Below are positions 10,813 through 22,118 of a stretch of 64,000 bases of DNA, one piece after another. The translations under genes were made by a program, and so were the position numbers. How positions within the stretch are numbered: the stretch's first letter is position 1; each line of letters opens with the position of its first letter. The notes under the pieces were generated by a model. The model searched no databases. It had not been told where the DNA came from and saw only the letters and a program-made list of their open reading frames with translations. Source of the stretch: Rebecca billardiae RCC1528 (lineage: Eukaryota > Protista > Haptophyta). Location: NCBI GenBank assembly GCA_965240325.2, contig OZ251240.1:620001-684000 (forward strand), given 5' to 3'.

Positions 10813-12551
10813 ATGTCGTCGGCTCCCAACGACCTCTCGCCGCAGGAGCAAGACCTGCTGCAGTGCGTGCGCGGCGTCGGGGCGCTCCCCCGCGCGCGCG
10901 GTGTGCCACCCGGCGCTCTTCCCCGCTCACGCCCCGTCCGCCCCGCCCCTGGCTTCGCGTGCCCCCGCCGCACACAGATACCTGGAGGACCTGCAGGCAA
11001 ACAACCCGGCCGAGTATGAGCTGCTGGTGCAGCGGATGCAGGAGGAGGCGCGCGCCAAAGGGGAGGGCGCGGCGGGGAAGGGCGGCGGCACCGAGTCGAT
11101 CACCGTCGTGCCGCAGCCCGGCTTCGTCGCGAAGACGCGCTCGCTCACCCACGGCGGCCGCAAGGTGTTCATCAACCTGTGCACCTCGGAGCACGTCGAC
11201 CCGTGCGGCGAGATGGCGGCGGACGCGGGCGACGGCGGCGCGCCGGAGGAGGCGCGCGTGCGCATCCCGCTCTCCCTCGGCCCGCCGCACGAGGACCTCG
11301 ACAAGGACGGCGCGGCGTGCACCGTGTACGACTGCGTGTTCCACCCGGACACGGTGCAGGAGGCGAAGAAGGACCGCCACTTCCGCGACTTCATGATGCA
11401 GCTCGTGCTGGCGAGCGTGCAGCAGAAGCACGGGGAGGAGCTCTCGGCGGAGCTGAGCTACCCCAAGCTGCGCTCGGGGTACAAGGGCGTCAGCCCGCTC
11501 CCGCAGTTCATGCGCGCGCGCAAGGGCCCGCCGCAGCCCGCGCCGCAGCCCGCGGCGGAGGGCGGCGGCTTCGAAGCGGCCGCGCACCCCGACGAGGGCG
11601 CGGGCGGCGCGGCCAAGATGATCGAGGAGCTTGGCGGCTCGGCGGAGGAGCGCGCGAAGCAGCAGCAGCGCGAGCGCCTCGCGCTGCCCGCCCCGGCGTA
11701 CGTCCTCAGGCCGCGAGATGCGGACGGCTCGCTGCTCGACGACGCGACCGCCCCGACCGGCGCCGACGCGGACGGCGCCGACGCGGACGGCGGTGCCGAG
11801 GGCGGCGGTGCGCGCGACGCGGACGACGACGTGCTGCGGCGCGTGCCCGCGCAGCTCGAGCTCAAGGCGCACCTGCCCGGCGTCTCCGCCGCAGACGCCG
11901 CCTCCGATCTCGAGGTCGAGATCTCGAGCACCGAGGCCGCGCTCACTGTGTGGGGCCGGTTCCACCTGTGCCTGCAGCTGCCGCACCGCGTGGCCACGGA
12001 GGCGCTCGAGGCGAGCTTCGAGGCGCAGCGCTGGTGCGCGCGTCCGCGCGCGCGCGCGCCCGCGCGTGTCAGCGCGTCTCCGCGCCCCCGCCAGCTCTCA
12101 CCGCCCGCCCGCCTGCCCTCGGGCTGCCCGCCGCCCCAACGCGGCCCCCCTCAGCGTGCTGAGCCTGCGGCTGCGCGTGCTGCAGCAGGAGGAGGCCCTC
12201 TCGGCGGAGTCGGAGGACGCCGCGCAGCGCCTGGCGCAGAAGGAGCGCGCCGAGGCGTGGGAGGCGCAGCTCGCCAAGGAGGCGCGCGCACGCAAGGCGG
12301 CGCAGCAGCTTGAGCGCAAGAAGCGAGAGGCGGCGGCGCGCCGGGCGGCCGCAGAGGCGGAGGCGGAGGCGAAAGCGTCATCAAAGCCATCCAGCGGTGG
12401 CGCGCGCGCGCGCGACGCGCCGCGCTTCGAGGACGTCACCGGCGAGGACGCCGTGGAGGAGGCTGCGCCGGCCGCCGACGCGCAGCACGCCGAGCCGAGC
12501 GCGCCGGCGCGCCTCGAGCTGCGCGTGGGAATCATGTACGAGCTCGAATAA
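10813..12551 (+). CDS. PIH1-domain protein (PIH1D1/DNAAF2-kintoun-like); introns 10863-10977 and ~12033-12154
   Basis: PQPGFVAKT, KVFINLC, RIPLSLGPPHEDLDKDG..CTVYDCVFHP. CS-like second domain and coiled-coil C-terminus ending MYELE. Confidence 0.88.
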
Positions 12552-12776
12552 AGATCTATCTGACAATGGTCTGCATGAGAGTCTGTCGTGAAGCCGGAGT
12601 CATCACTCGATCTCAGCGTGACAGCGTCAGGCCGTCAGCTCGCATGATCATCTGATGATCCGAGCGGCAGCGCAGTCCGCGACTGATCACGGTCGAGTGA
12701 TGATGATGTGATCTGACCGGCGACTCGCGCGGCTTCGTAGTTCGTCGTCATGTGACATGTCTCCGATTATAATTTA

Positions 12777-14581
12777 GGGGGTCCAAGCCAGCAGCCCGCC
12801 ACCGATTGGTGATATTTGACAACCATGCCATGTAGGCGTCTGATGAGCGTGACGCTTGCGGAGTCACCCTCAAATATGTCCCAGAGCCCAGCCCAGCGCC
12901 GCCAGAAGCACTAAAAACCGACTCCGCGTGTCGTCGCGCGGTCGCGCGCACACGCAGCGGCGCCCGCTGTGTCACATAGAGATTCAGTCGAATGTTACCT
13001 ACTTGTCATGGCAGCTAGATGACGATACGCGGTCGGACTTACTTATTGACAAGCGCTGCCCTCTATCCAAAGGATTTTATGGTGAAAATACCGAAAAAGT
13101 GGGGCACAATGCTGTGCGCGTAGACGTCCATGAAAAACTACTCCAAGATCGAGCACATTACCCATTTAATTATGGGAATTTACCCGCACATAAGCGCCAT
13201 GTTACCCACCATATATAGAATGCGGTTAATTTTGCCATATGTATTCAAGTGAGTGCCTATACATGGGTACCTTGCTCACTACTTGCTGGGTCATCCGAAT
13301 ACGGAGTACGGCGGCGCCGAGACGGCTCATGCCACTGGACTCAGCACATCAGTGAGTGCCGGCCCGCGAACGCGGGCCTGATGCCGGTGGCGGGCTGCAC
13401 GTGCTGCGGCACACGGCCAACTCCGCCACTGAACATGCCGCCACCATCCCGGCATGAGAGTCCTCTCCGCCGTCGAGGCTGGCGTGCGCAGACTAGCTCG
13501 CCATGTGCCGGGCGGCTTCCTTGCCCGTACTCAGGTGTCACAGGCACCGTCGCCGTTCGTCGTACCCCAGCCCACGCGAGGCCGCCGCCGGTCCACCTCT
13601 GCTGCGGCTACACCGCTTGCAGTCGTGGCTGCTCCAGCTTACCTCTGACTCTGCGAGCTGCTCGGTGGCGAGCGTTGAGCTCTCTGCCTCCACTGCCGCG
13701 CCCAGCAGCACTCCTGCCCCGAGCATCATGCAGTCCGCGCGCTGCTCCAAGACGGCCGCCAACAGTGGCGCAGGCACTCCCGAGACGAAGACACGGTGTG
13801 CAGATGTGGCAGCGGTCATAGCGGAGCTTGGCGGCGCGCGTTTGCTCCGCAGCAAGCTTGACGTTCGTGACAAGGTGCACGTTCTTCGCGTCAGCGCAGC
13901 TCGGCTGCTGCATGCAGCCAAGCGGCACGCCAAGTGGCACAACAAACAAGCCGACGCGTGCCGGCTGGAGCTTCTGGCGGTACTACTGTGAGCTGGAAGA
14001 CAGGCCCCGCACGTACACAGGGTCGCCCAGCTTGCTTACCACCCACGACTGCCGCGCACTCCCGTTTGCGAACGAGCGGCCAGCGATCGCGCGAGTGCAT
14101 GCGCAGCGCGTGGGGAGGTGAGCACTGCACGCACCAGGCCGAGCGCCGGGGGTCCATTCATGCTCATCATGGACAAGCTAAACCAGGTGTAAACCAGCGC
14201 GCAGCGTGCACGCTTCACCTGAAACCGGGGCTGCGTTGTCCGCGCTCATCCGGATGAGAGTTCGAACGGCGCGCAGAGCGGGGCTGTGAGGTTCAAGATG
14301 TCCGGTGAGAGCGAGCTGCCACGATCATTTGGTCGACCGCTGTCATGGTGGCCACCCTGACTCGCCCGCCCGCGCGCCTCTGACGCCAGAGCGCGCTCCG
14401 CCGCGCCGACGCGACGATGAAGTCCACCGCCCAGGCGTGCTACTCGCCCGATCTCGGGCTCGACCGTGCTCTGAACGGCCGCGGCCCGTGCTGCCGCAAT
14501 TCGAGGCAACAATGTTCGGAAATGGTCACCGCGAAATCGGGCAGTCGATTTTCGATTTTTAATTCCGCGGCTTGGACCCCC
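12777..14581. mobile_element. Non-autonomous TIR DNA transposon (~1.8 kb)
   Basis: 13 bp perfect TIRs GGGGGTCCAAGCC (12777-12789) and GGCTTGGACCCCC (14569-14581), each flanked by TA in AT-rich context. No recognisable transposase inside. Confidence 0.7.
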
Positions 14582-15201
14582 TAATTATATGATTTATAAT
14601 ATGACGACTAGTTAAGTATAGTTATATGACGAGCGGGTCGCTGCCCGCGGGGCCGCCGCCGGCAGCCGGCCGCGGCCGGCGGCCCGGGCCGGCCAGTGCC
14701 GCCTGCCGGGCCGCGCCCGCGGCCGGGCCGGAGTAGTGCCGAGTAGTCGCCAGAGTCGGCGGCCGGCGACCTCGCTGACGCTCGTCAGCCGGCACGGCCA
14801 CGGTATCGGAGTACTCAGAGTAGGCTGCAGCGCTCATCCGTACAACCGTACTCCCGGACCCGGTAGGTCTGGCGGTAGGACTTCGCGCCTACGCGGCCTA
14901 CGGCGCCTCTCAGACAGACAGTCACAGACTCACTCTGACTCTCCGCCGAGCGGAGTCCGAGTGAGTCCGTAGCGGCTCACTGAGACACTATATATATAGC
15001 CATATAGGCAGCGTAGGCTTCACTGCGTCGTACTGGCGTAAGGCCCGTAAGTCGACTCCGCCACTCGGAGTCCCCGTCCCACCGTCCGTGGCGGCGCAGT
15101 CTGGCACCGTCTTGGGAGTCGAGACGGTGATCCGTCACTCGTCTCCGTGCTCGCGTCGTCTCTCTCGTCGGTCGTCTCTCTGATCTCTACGGATGCTGGT
15201 A

Positions 15202-16476
15202 TTAGCAGACCTCCCTTGCCGTTTTCTGCCATTGCCTCTTCAGCTTCTTGCCGGTACTCTTGAATACAACTCTGACGAGGTGTGTACAGAGGTATGCTCT
15301 CATCGCTGTCCTCGTCGCATCACGCTCCGCCCCCACCAGCTCGTCTGATGCCATAATACCCGTCAGCTTTGGGCCAGCAGCACTGTCGCGATCGTGTCGA
15401 GGGTTGCCAGGGACCGAGGCGCGTGCCGTGCTGGAGTTCCCAAAGTCAGTGTGGCCCCGCTCCATGAACTCCGATGCGAGCTCACTCCACCGCAACGGGC
15501 GTGGCCCTTCAATGCCACACGAGAGCTCAAGCACACGTCCATGCAGCGCTGCATCCGCCGCGTACACTCCAACGGCAAGCTCAGCCACACGCCCACACGC
15601 CTGCAATGCCGTCCGGCTCGATGAGCAGAGTGTCTTAGACTTGTACTTGTACTCGTGGTGGATGCTTGAAGCGTTCTCAGCGGTGGCGAGCCCCAGCCAG
15701 CCAGGCAGGCTCGTCCAGGCCTCATATGGGATGAGGAAGTCCGTCCTGCGCGCATATTCCAGCTGCGGCACGAGGTGGCAACCCAAGTGCCACCGCCTGT
15801 GGAACGCGGTGACACGCAGATTGTCCAGCGCCCATTGCAACAAGCTCTCGCAGGTGCAATATTTCCGCACAAACTGCACACGCTCGTCGTCGGACCACGT
15901 ACGCCCAGATTTTCTCTTTGACCGCAGCTGCTGAATTTCCATTCTGCGAGTGCCCCAGTATGAATAAGCGCTGACTAGGCGATCTTGTGGCGAGCGGATG
16001 ATGGCATACGAACCGGGGACCCAGCTATCTGGAGGCACATGCCATAAGGGACAGTCGCCACGCACTCCCTTCGTGTGCATCAGCGACGGGTACAGCGACT
16101 GCGTCGTGGCCCGAGGCTCAGCTGGTGGGGCTTTCGCGAGGACTTTCCCAGCGTGTATACCCAGCTGATTCCACAGCGCATGCTCAAGCGTCGTGCCACC
16201 CGTCTTGGGAATGTGCAAGAGCTTGCGCAGGTCGATGCCAGGCACCACCCGGGCCTCCCGGGCATGATCGCTGACGTTGGATGGGCTTGGGCAGGTGATG
16301 TTGGCCCGCGAGGCGGATCTCACTTCAGGCGCGGCAGGAGCTGCCGCCAGCGCCGGGAGCAGCCCAGCGGCATCAGAGGAGACGAGAAAGAGCAGCGCCA
16401 GCGCCAGGATTGCGGATGGTAGATAGCACTTGTGCGTCTCGCGCCTTCGCGGCGGCAGCCATTGTTCCAAGTCCAC
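15202..16476 (-). CDS. Sulfotransferase family 2 protein, copy A (start codon problematic, possible pseudogene)
   Basis: 5'-PSB motif LHIPKTGGTT and 3'-PB motif IRSPQDRLVSAY. N-terminal TM anchor. Near-identical to 27037-28302. The ORF opens at GTG and the nearest ATG (16462) is out of frame. Confidence 0.75.
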   Translation of the reverse strand: MDLEQWLPPRRRETHKCYLPSAILALALLFLVSSDAAGLLPALAAAPAAPEVRSASRANITCPSPSNVSDHAREARVVPGIDLRKLLHIPKTGGTTLEHALWNQLGIHAGKVLAKAPPAEPRATTQSLYPSLMHTKGVRGDCPLWHVPPDSWVPGSYAIIRSPQDRLVSAYSYWGTRRMEIQQLRSKRKSGRTWSDDERVQFVRKYCTCESLLQWALDNLRVTAFHRRWHLGCHLVPQLEYARRTDFLIPYEAWTSLPGWLGLATAENASSIHHEYKYKSKTLCSSSRTALQACGRVAELAVGVYAADAALHGRVLELSCGIEGPRPLRWSELASEFMERGHTDFGNSSTARASVPGNPRHDRDSAAGPKLTGIMASDELVGAERDATRTAMRAYLCTHLVRVVFKSTGKKLKRQWQKTAREVC

Positions 16477-16569
16477 GGCGGGCCCTGTTAATAAATAAAT
16501 AATGTCGTCAGTCGCATTCGATCAAGCTGGTGGCGACCTGCCACCGTTACGAGCCATACTCATTCTATG

Positions 16570-16903
16570 ATTTAACGACACAGGTAGGACGACGCGGGTC
16601 TCCTGATTCGTCGGCGGCAGTGCCCGATCGTCGACACGAAGTCGGCGTTGGTGGCAGAGCATAGCCTGCACCGCGATCGTGGCACGCACGTTAAAACAAA
16701 TTATTATAAACTGTATCTGAGACAGCATCGAGTGATCATGGCGCGATGATGCTCATGCTACGGTATAGTAGTACTCAGTCTAATATTTAACGACACAGCA
16801 CGTAGGACGACGCGGGTCTCCTGATTCGTCGGCGGCAGTGCCCGATCGTCGACAAGAAGTCGGCGTTGGTGGCAGAGCATAGGCATAGCCTGCACCGCGA
16901 TCG
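16570..16903. repeat. ~110 bp direct repeat (16570-16679, 16785-16903) with an inverted partial copy at 28504-28559
   Basis: Shared core gtaggacgacgcgggtctcctgattcgtc. Confidence 0.85.
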
Positions 16904-17268
16904 GATCATCATTCATATTTCATCACATTGCTTGAGCGCGGCCTAAATGCGGCCTTGTGGTTGAGCTGCTGGAGCACGATCCACCTGCGCTGCGCGGCTC
17001 GCATGGCGGCCCTGCTGTGCCCCGAGCGAGGGCGATGGCGCAGGTCCGGATGTCAGCTGGCACTGGCAGTCTGGCAGCCGCTGGTACGGCAGCTGGTCAA
17101 CCGTCAAGCCTGCCCCGCGTGCTCCCCGGGCGGTCGCATACGCGCTTGCCGCTCGAGCCAGCTGGCTGGCTGGCGGCGGCTGGCCCAGCGCAGAGCGCTG
17201 CGCGCCGCTGCGGCGTGATCCAGGGTGCGCTTCGTCCACCGCGCAGAGTGAGAGTAACAGAGTTCATC

Positions 17269-17271
<3 letters not shown>

Positions 17272-17307
<36 letters not shown>

Positions 17308-17327
17308 TTCATATATATATATATATA
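17272..17327. repeat. (TA)n microsatellite; similar tracts at ~14989, 21468, 23487, 45915
   Basis: Direct reading. Confidence 0.95.
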
Positions 17328-17650
17328 CGGCCACGAGGAATTACCTACATTGCTACAACGCGGTCAGTATGTGATGCCGCGGATGATGATGGCTGATGAT
17401 GAGCTGCTAGCTTCGCTGCATCGCAGTCCAAGCAGCAGCAGCTATGCTCTGCCGACGAGCCGCCTGCGGCTACAATACCACGGTAGTGGGAATTTACCCA
17501 CGCCCAGCATATATACGTCGCCATGTGCCCATGTGCGCGCCCGCATGGCGACCGTCTGCGGGCGCCAGCGACGCCTATGGGTGGGGGGGGGGGGGGGGGG
17601 GGGGGGGCGTGCGGGCCCCGGTCCGCGCGCGCCACCCGCCGTCGCGCCCA

Positions 17651-19197
17651 TCAGCCCGGCACGTCGACCACCTTGCACTCGCCCTCCGGCATCGGGCCGA
17701 GTGTCTCGCCATTCTCGCGCAGCAGCTCCCGGAAGCGCAGCACGTCCTCGTTGTCGTTCTTGTGCACGGCGATGAGCGGCTTGGACGCGTCGGAGGCGTA
17801 CGCGTCGAGCCGCTCGCGCGAGATCCCGAGCGCCGCCTCCTGGATCGCGCCCCCGTTCAGGATGTGCGCGCGCAGCGCCTCCGGGTCGCCGCGCGTCGAG
17901 CGGATGATGTTGAGCGCGACCCCCTCCGGCGGCGGCTTGAGCTTCACGCCCGCCGCGCTCAGCAGCTCGCGCAGCTGCTGCAGCTCGGCCTCGTCGTTGC
18001 GCGTGACGACGGGCAGCTCGCGGAAGCGCGCGTAGTCCTCGAGCGGCGCCCTCGACTCGACGCCGATCGCCTCGAGGTTGAGCGGGCCCTTGCGCATGAT
18101 GTGCGCGCGCAGCTTCTCAATCAGCGTGGCCTTCTGCGCGGACGCGTCGCGCATGTTGAGCACGGACTGCACGAGCCAGTACGCAAGCATGATGCCGCAC
18201 GCGACGCAGCGGGGGACGAGGTCGAGCAGCTCGGGCCGGATGCCCTGCTGCGAGCGCTCCATCGCGTCGTACTGCGATTGCGCGCCTGCGTGCGCGGCCA
18301 CGGGCGCGGGGCGGGTGGTCGGCGCGGTGCGCGCGCGAGCGGCTGGGCGCACGTCGCGTGCGCTGGCGCACCGGGCTTGGAGAGCGTCTCGTACGCCGTG
18401 GCCGCGCGCGTGAACGCCGCCACCTTCGCCTCCTTCTCCTCCTGCGTCAGGTTGAGCTCGACGAGCTTGTCCGGGTGGTTCTCGAGAGAGAGCCGGCGGT
18501 ACGCCTTGCGCACGTCCGAGATGGGCGCGTACTTGTGGAGGCCGAGGGCGGCGTACAGGTCGCGGTGGTCGACGGAGGGGCAGCCGTTCGAGACGGCGCA
18601 CAGCGTCCTGAGCTGCCCCTCCGAGAGCGACGTGAGCAGCTCCGGCTTGCTCACCGCGACCGCGCCGAGCGTGGCGAACGGCGCGAACAGCAGCGTGGTG
18701 ACGGCGAGCAGCGCAAAGTGCAGCTTCGTCTTGGTCGGGCCGCCGATCCAGAGCGGGCGCTGCAGCTCAGGGAGGACCTGCAGAAACAGGATGAACACGA
18801 AGAACGAGCTGATCCCGTCCGTCTGCCACACGTACGCGACGCCGGCGAGGATCGCGACCGCGATCGCGGGCGTGCCCGCGGTCGGCGCCTTGCGCCGGAT
18901 GGCGGGAAAGACGAAGCACGAGAGCGCGTAGCTGCCGAGCATGTGCATTGAGCAGCCTAGGAAGTACGCGATCACGTAGATCCCGGCCGGGAAGAGCATC
19001 ACCTGCGCCAGCACCAGCGGGTGCGCGCCGAGGAAGGCGATCTGCAGGATATATGTGAACGCCGAGTTGAGCATCTTGCCCGCAAAGATGGTGACGACGA
19101 ACTGGAGCAGCGGCGTGTACCCGCCGCCCGAGGACCACGCCGAGTAGAGCGCGAGCAGCAGCGGCAGGTAGTTGAAGACCATCGAGAAGAGCCCCAT
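17651..19197 (-). CDS. Multi-pass membrane protein with DnaJ (J) domain; intron 18286-18371
   Basis: Several hydrophobic helices, then DLYAALGL..DVRKAYRRLSLENHPDK..AYETLS. A GT-AG intron restores the frame. Confidence 0.85.
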
Positions 19198-19458
19198 GGC
19201 GCAAGCCGCCAGCCGTCCACGCAGGCGACAGGCCGTGCGTCTGGACGCGAATCAAGATGGCTCCGTGGGAGGCTGGCGAGATGAGTTTACGAGCGCGGTA
19301 ATTGGTCGCGTTGCGAACGGCTGGCCCAGCGCTCGCACACCGGACCGAGGCCTCAGAGCCCGGACTGCCGCCGAACAACTCGAGGCTTCGGTAGTCGGCC
19401 GACGAAAGTCATTTGTGAGCCGGCCGCCTCGCTTGCGCCAACGACGAAGCGCGAAGTC

Positions 19459-19779
19459 ATGTCGGCGCGTGCGCTCGCACTCACGCTGGTCATCGGCACC
19501 CTCGCCGTTGCGGATGGCTACCGCACGACTGCATTCGGCCGCCCGCGCTCCCTGGCTGCCGCGCAGCCTCGTTCGGTGGCCGGGTGGCACGCCGAGCAGC
19601 GCCCTGTGATGATGATTGGCCGCCCAGAGGACGAGCCGGATGAGGCCTTCATCTCGACATGGGAGCAAAAGCCGGACGGGGAGAAGATCAAGAGCCCCGT
19701 CGTCATCGGTGGTCTTGCGGCCCTCCTCATCCCGTTCCTCATCGGCATCCTGGTCCTTGCCACAGGGGGTGGCCAGTAG
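19459..19779 (+). CDS. Small putative plastid-targeted single-TM protein
   Basis: Signal peptide, Arg/Ala/Ser-rich transit-like segment ending in M, short acidic domain and C-terminal TM helix. GC3-rich codons. Confidence 0.65.
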   Translation: MSARALALTLVIGTLAVADGYRTTAFGRPRSLAAAQPRSVAGWHAEQRPVMMIGRPEDEPDEAFISTWEQKPDGEKIKSPVVIGGLAALLIPFLIGILVLATGGGQ

Positions 19780-20373
19780 GATGCGCACGTACCGGCCCGG
19801 GCACAGCCGCCGAGGGGTGCCTCGCTCATCCTTGGGATGGGGGGTGGCACCCTGCCGGTATGATCCTGCTCTGCCCACACGCATGTTTGAGGTTCCCTCC
19901 GCATGGAGAGCCGTGTGCCCCGCTGCCGCCTCTCTTGGGCTTACCGACTACTCGGCGGTCCGACAGGCGCCGGCAACTCGTCGTCGTGACGCGCCGCTTC
20001 TTGTAGTCCGGACGGACAGGCGAATGCTATGATATCCTCGCCGACTCAGTGATTGGTTCTGGACTCAACGGGTGGCCGACTGGCCGTTCGTTGAAGGCAC
20101 GCAGATACTGTAGCCAGGCCCGGCAGCGGCAGCGGTTCACACTCCTGTCTCCTCCGCCCGCTGAGTCGTGGCGGCAGCAATACACTATACAGTCCGAAAG
20201 AAATTGTCGGATCACTCGCAGACTGATCAGGCTCCACAAGAAAAACAGCAGCAGCCCCGGCCGGTCGGCGGCAGTGGCAGCTTGGCTGGCTGCTCTTTTC
20301 CGCTGAGCGGCCACGTCGTGCAGCGACCGAACCGGCAGGAGCTCAACACCGAACTCTGCCGGTCGCCCGGTCC

Positions 20374-21321
20374 ATGTCCGCCAGGGGCATCGCACTGGCC
20401 GGGGTGGCGATCGGGGGGGCCGCCCTTGGCGCGGTGGTGGGGGCGCTCATCGCACACGAGTACTACACGAGGCGACAGAAGCATCTGGACATTCGCGAAG
20501 CGCTGCACAAGCTGCACCCGGGCCTGCTCGCGCGCGAGTCCACGAAGGGGAAGCCGCGGCGCAAGTCGTCTGCATTCATCGGTGGGACGGGGTTCACGCG
20601 CGTGGTGCGCGTGGTGCTGACGGGTGGACCGTGCGGTGGCAAGTCGAGCTCGCTCGCAAATATCATCCGCGTCGCGACGGACCACGGGTACGACGTCTAC
20701 GCCTGCCCCGAGTCCGCGACGATCATGTTCAACGGCGGCATGACGTTCCCGTCTGCGCGCGCGGACCAGATCAACTTCCAGGCGCAGCTCTTCCGCATCC
20801 AGCTGGCGGCCGAGCGCGCGTTCACGAGCATCGCCGAGCGTACCGGCCGGCCCACCATCCTGCTGATGGACCGCGGGCTCATGGACGGCAAGGGCTACGT
20901 CGAGTCGGCCGAGATGTGGAGCGCGATCCTCGAGAAGAACAGCGTGGACGAGGACTACATCCTCGGCAGGTACGACGCGGTGGTCCACCTGGTGACGGCC
21001 GCGGACGGCGCCGAGCGGTTCTATCAGCAGGGGCGCGTGAAGGACGACCTCGGGAACGAGGTCATCCGACACGAGTCGAGCGAGGAGGCGGTGAGCCTGG
21101 ACCGGCGGATGCGAGACGTGTGGGCGGCCCACCCGGAGCAGCACGTGATCGGCAACGATTTCCCGTGCTTCAAAGCGAAGACGCGCGCAGCGACGGACAC
21201 GGTGATGCGCCTGGCGAGGAAACTGCAGCCCGTGGGGAGCCCCATCAAGGCCTCCAAACGCTCTTCCAGCGACTCCATCGTTGACTCCATCCCAGAGGTC
21301 CCGGCAAACGGCAACGAGTGA
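20374..21321 (+). CDS. AAA_28 (NadR/TTD14-like) P-loop NTPase with N-terminal membrane anchor
   Basis: VVLTGGPCGGKSS, PESAT, LLMDRGLMDGKGY, RYDAVVHLVTAADGAE, RHES. Confidence 0.88.
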   Translation: MSARGIALAGVAIGGAALGAVVGALIAHEYYTRRQKHLDIREALHKLHPGLLARESTKGKPRRKSSAFIGGTGFTRVVRVVLTGGPCGGKSSSLANIIRVATDHGYDVYACPESATIMFNGGMTFPSARADQINFQAQLFRIQLAAERAFTSIAERTGRPTILLMDRGLMDGKGYVESAEMWSAILEKNSVDEDYILGRYDAVVHLVTAADGAERFYQQGRVKDDLGNEVIRHESSEEAVSLDRRMRDVWAAHPEQHVIGNDFPCFKAKTRAATDTVMRLARKLQPVGSPIKASKRSSSDSIVDSIPEVPANGNE

Positions 21322-22118
21322 CGATCCCCCGGCCGGTCCGCGGGCGCCGGTTCAACCGCGGCGGTGGCGGTGACCGGTCTGCGCCCAGACTGCGGGCGGT
21401 CATACTGCGTCTCTGAGCAGCATTGCATGCCAGCAGCAGGCGGGTCCATCTGACGCTGTGATGAATAATATATATATATATATATATATATTGAATATGA
21501 CGCGGTAGTACGACAATGAGCCGGTGTCACTTGAAGACTCACTTGTCCGTGTGAAGAGTATATTCAATATCGGCAATATAAGTTTATATATATGGCACTC
21601 TGAGAGTGGCATCACAGACTATCACTGTCAGTGTCACTGAGACGATCAGACACGGACGGTGAGAACTCGTAAGTCGTATCAATCACCGTCTCAGAGTCAG
21701 AATCACTCCCGAGGACTGAGTGACCGACTAGGTGTAGTAGCGTGTAGCAGTAGCAGTCCGTTTAATAGTCGGACGGACTCAGTCGACGTCGTCACGGTCT
21801 CAGCAGACTCTTCAGTTCAGAATCAGAATCACTAATCAGAGTCACAGACAGGCACCGACTCAGGTGCCCGTGCCACCCGCACCGTCCGACTCCGAGTCCG
21901 TGCGGCGTTCACAGGCTTCACACTGCGGTGACAGACTCATCAGCACAGACCGAGTGCCGTGATCCCGGACCCGGAGAAGGCAGAGACTGGAGAGGGCACG
22001 GAGGCCCGGGACGGCGGGACGCCGACTCTGTCACTGTCTGTCACTGACACTAGACGGGGCCGACTCACCGGGGGCTGACGGCGACGCAGCCGCCACGCAG
22101 CACACCGTAGCGTCTTAA

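Noticed and set aside
13503-13991. 162 aa ORF inside the TIR element as a transposase
   Set aside because: No DDE or DNA-binding motif recognisable.
17584-17607. Poly-G tract (and poly-C at ~55903-55921) as a functional G-quadruplex
   Set aside because: Simple homopolymers in 3' flank and intron, with no supporting evidence and unreliable length.
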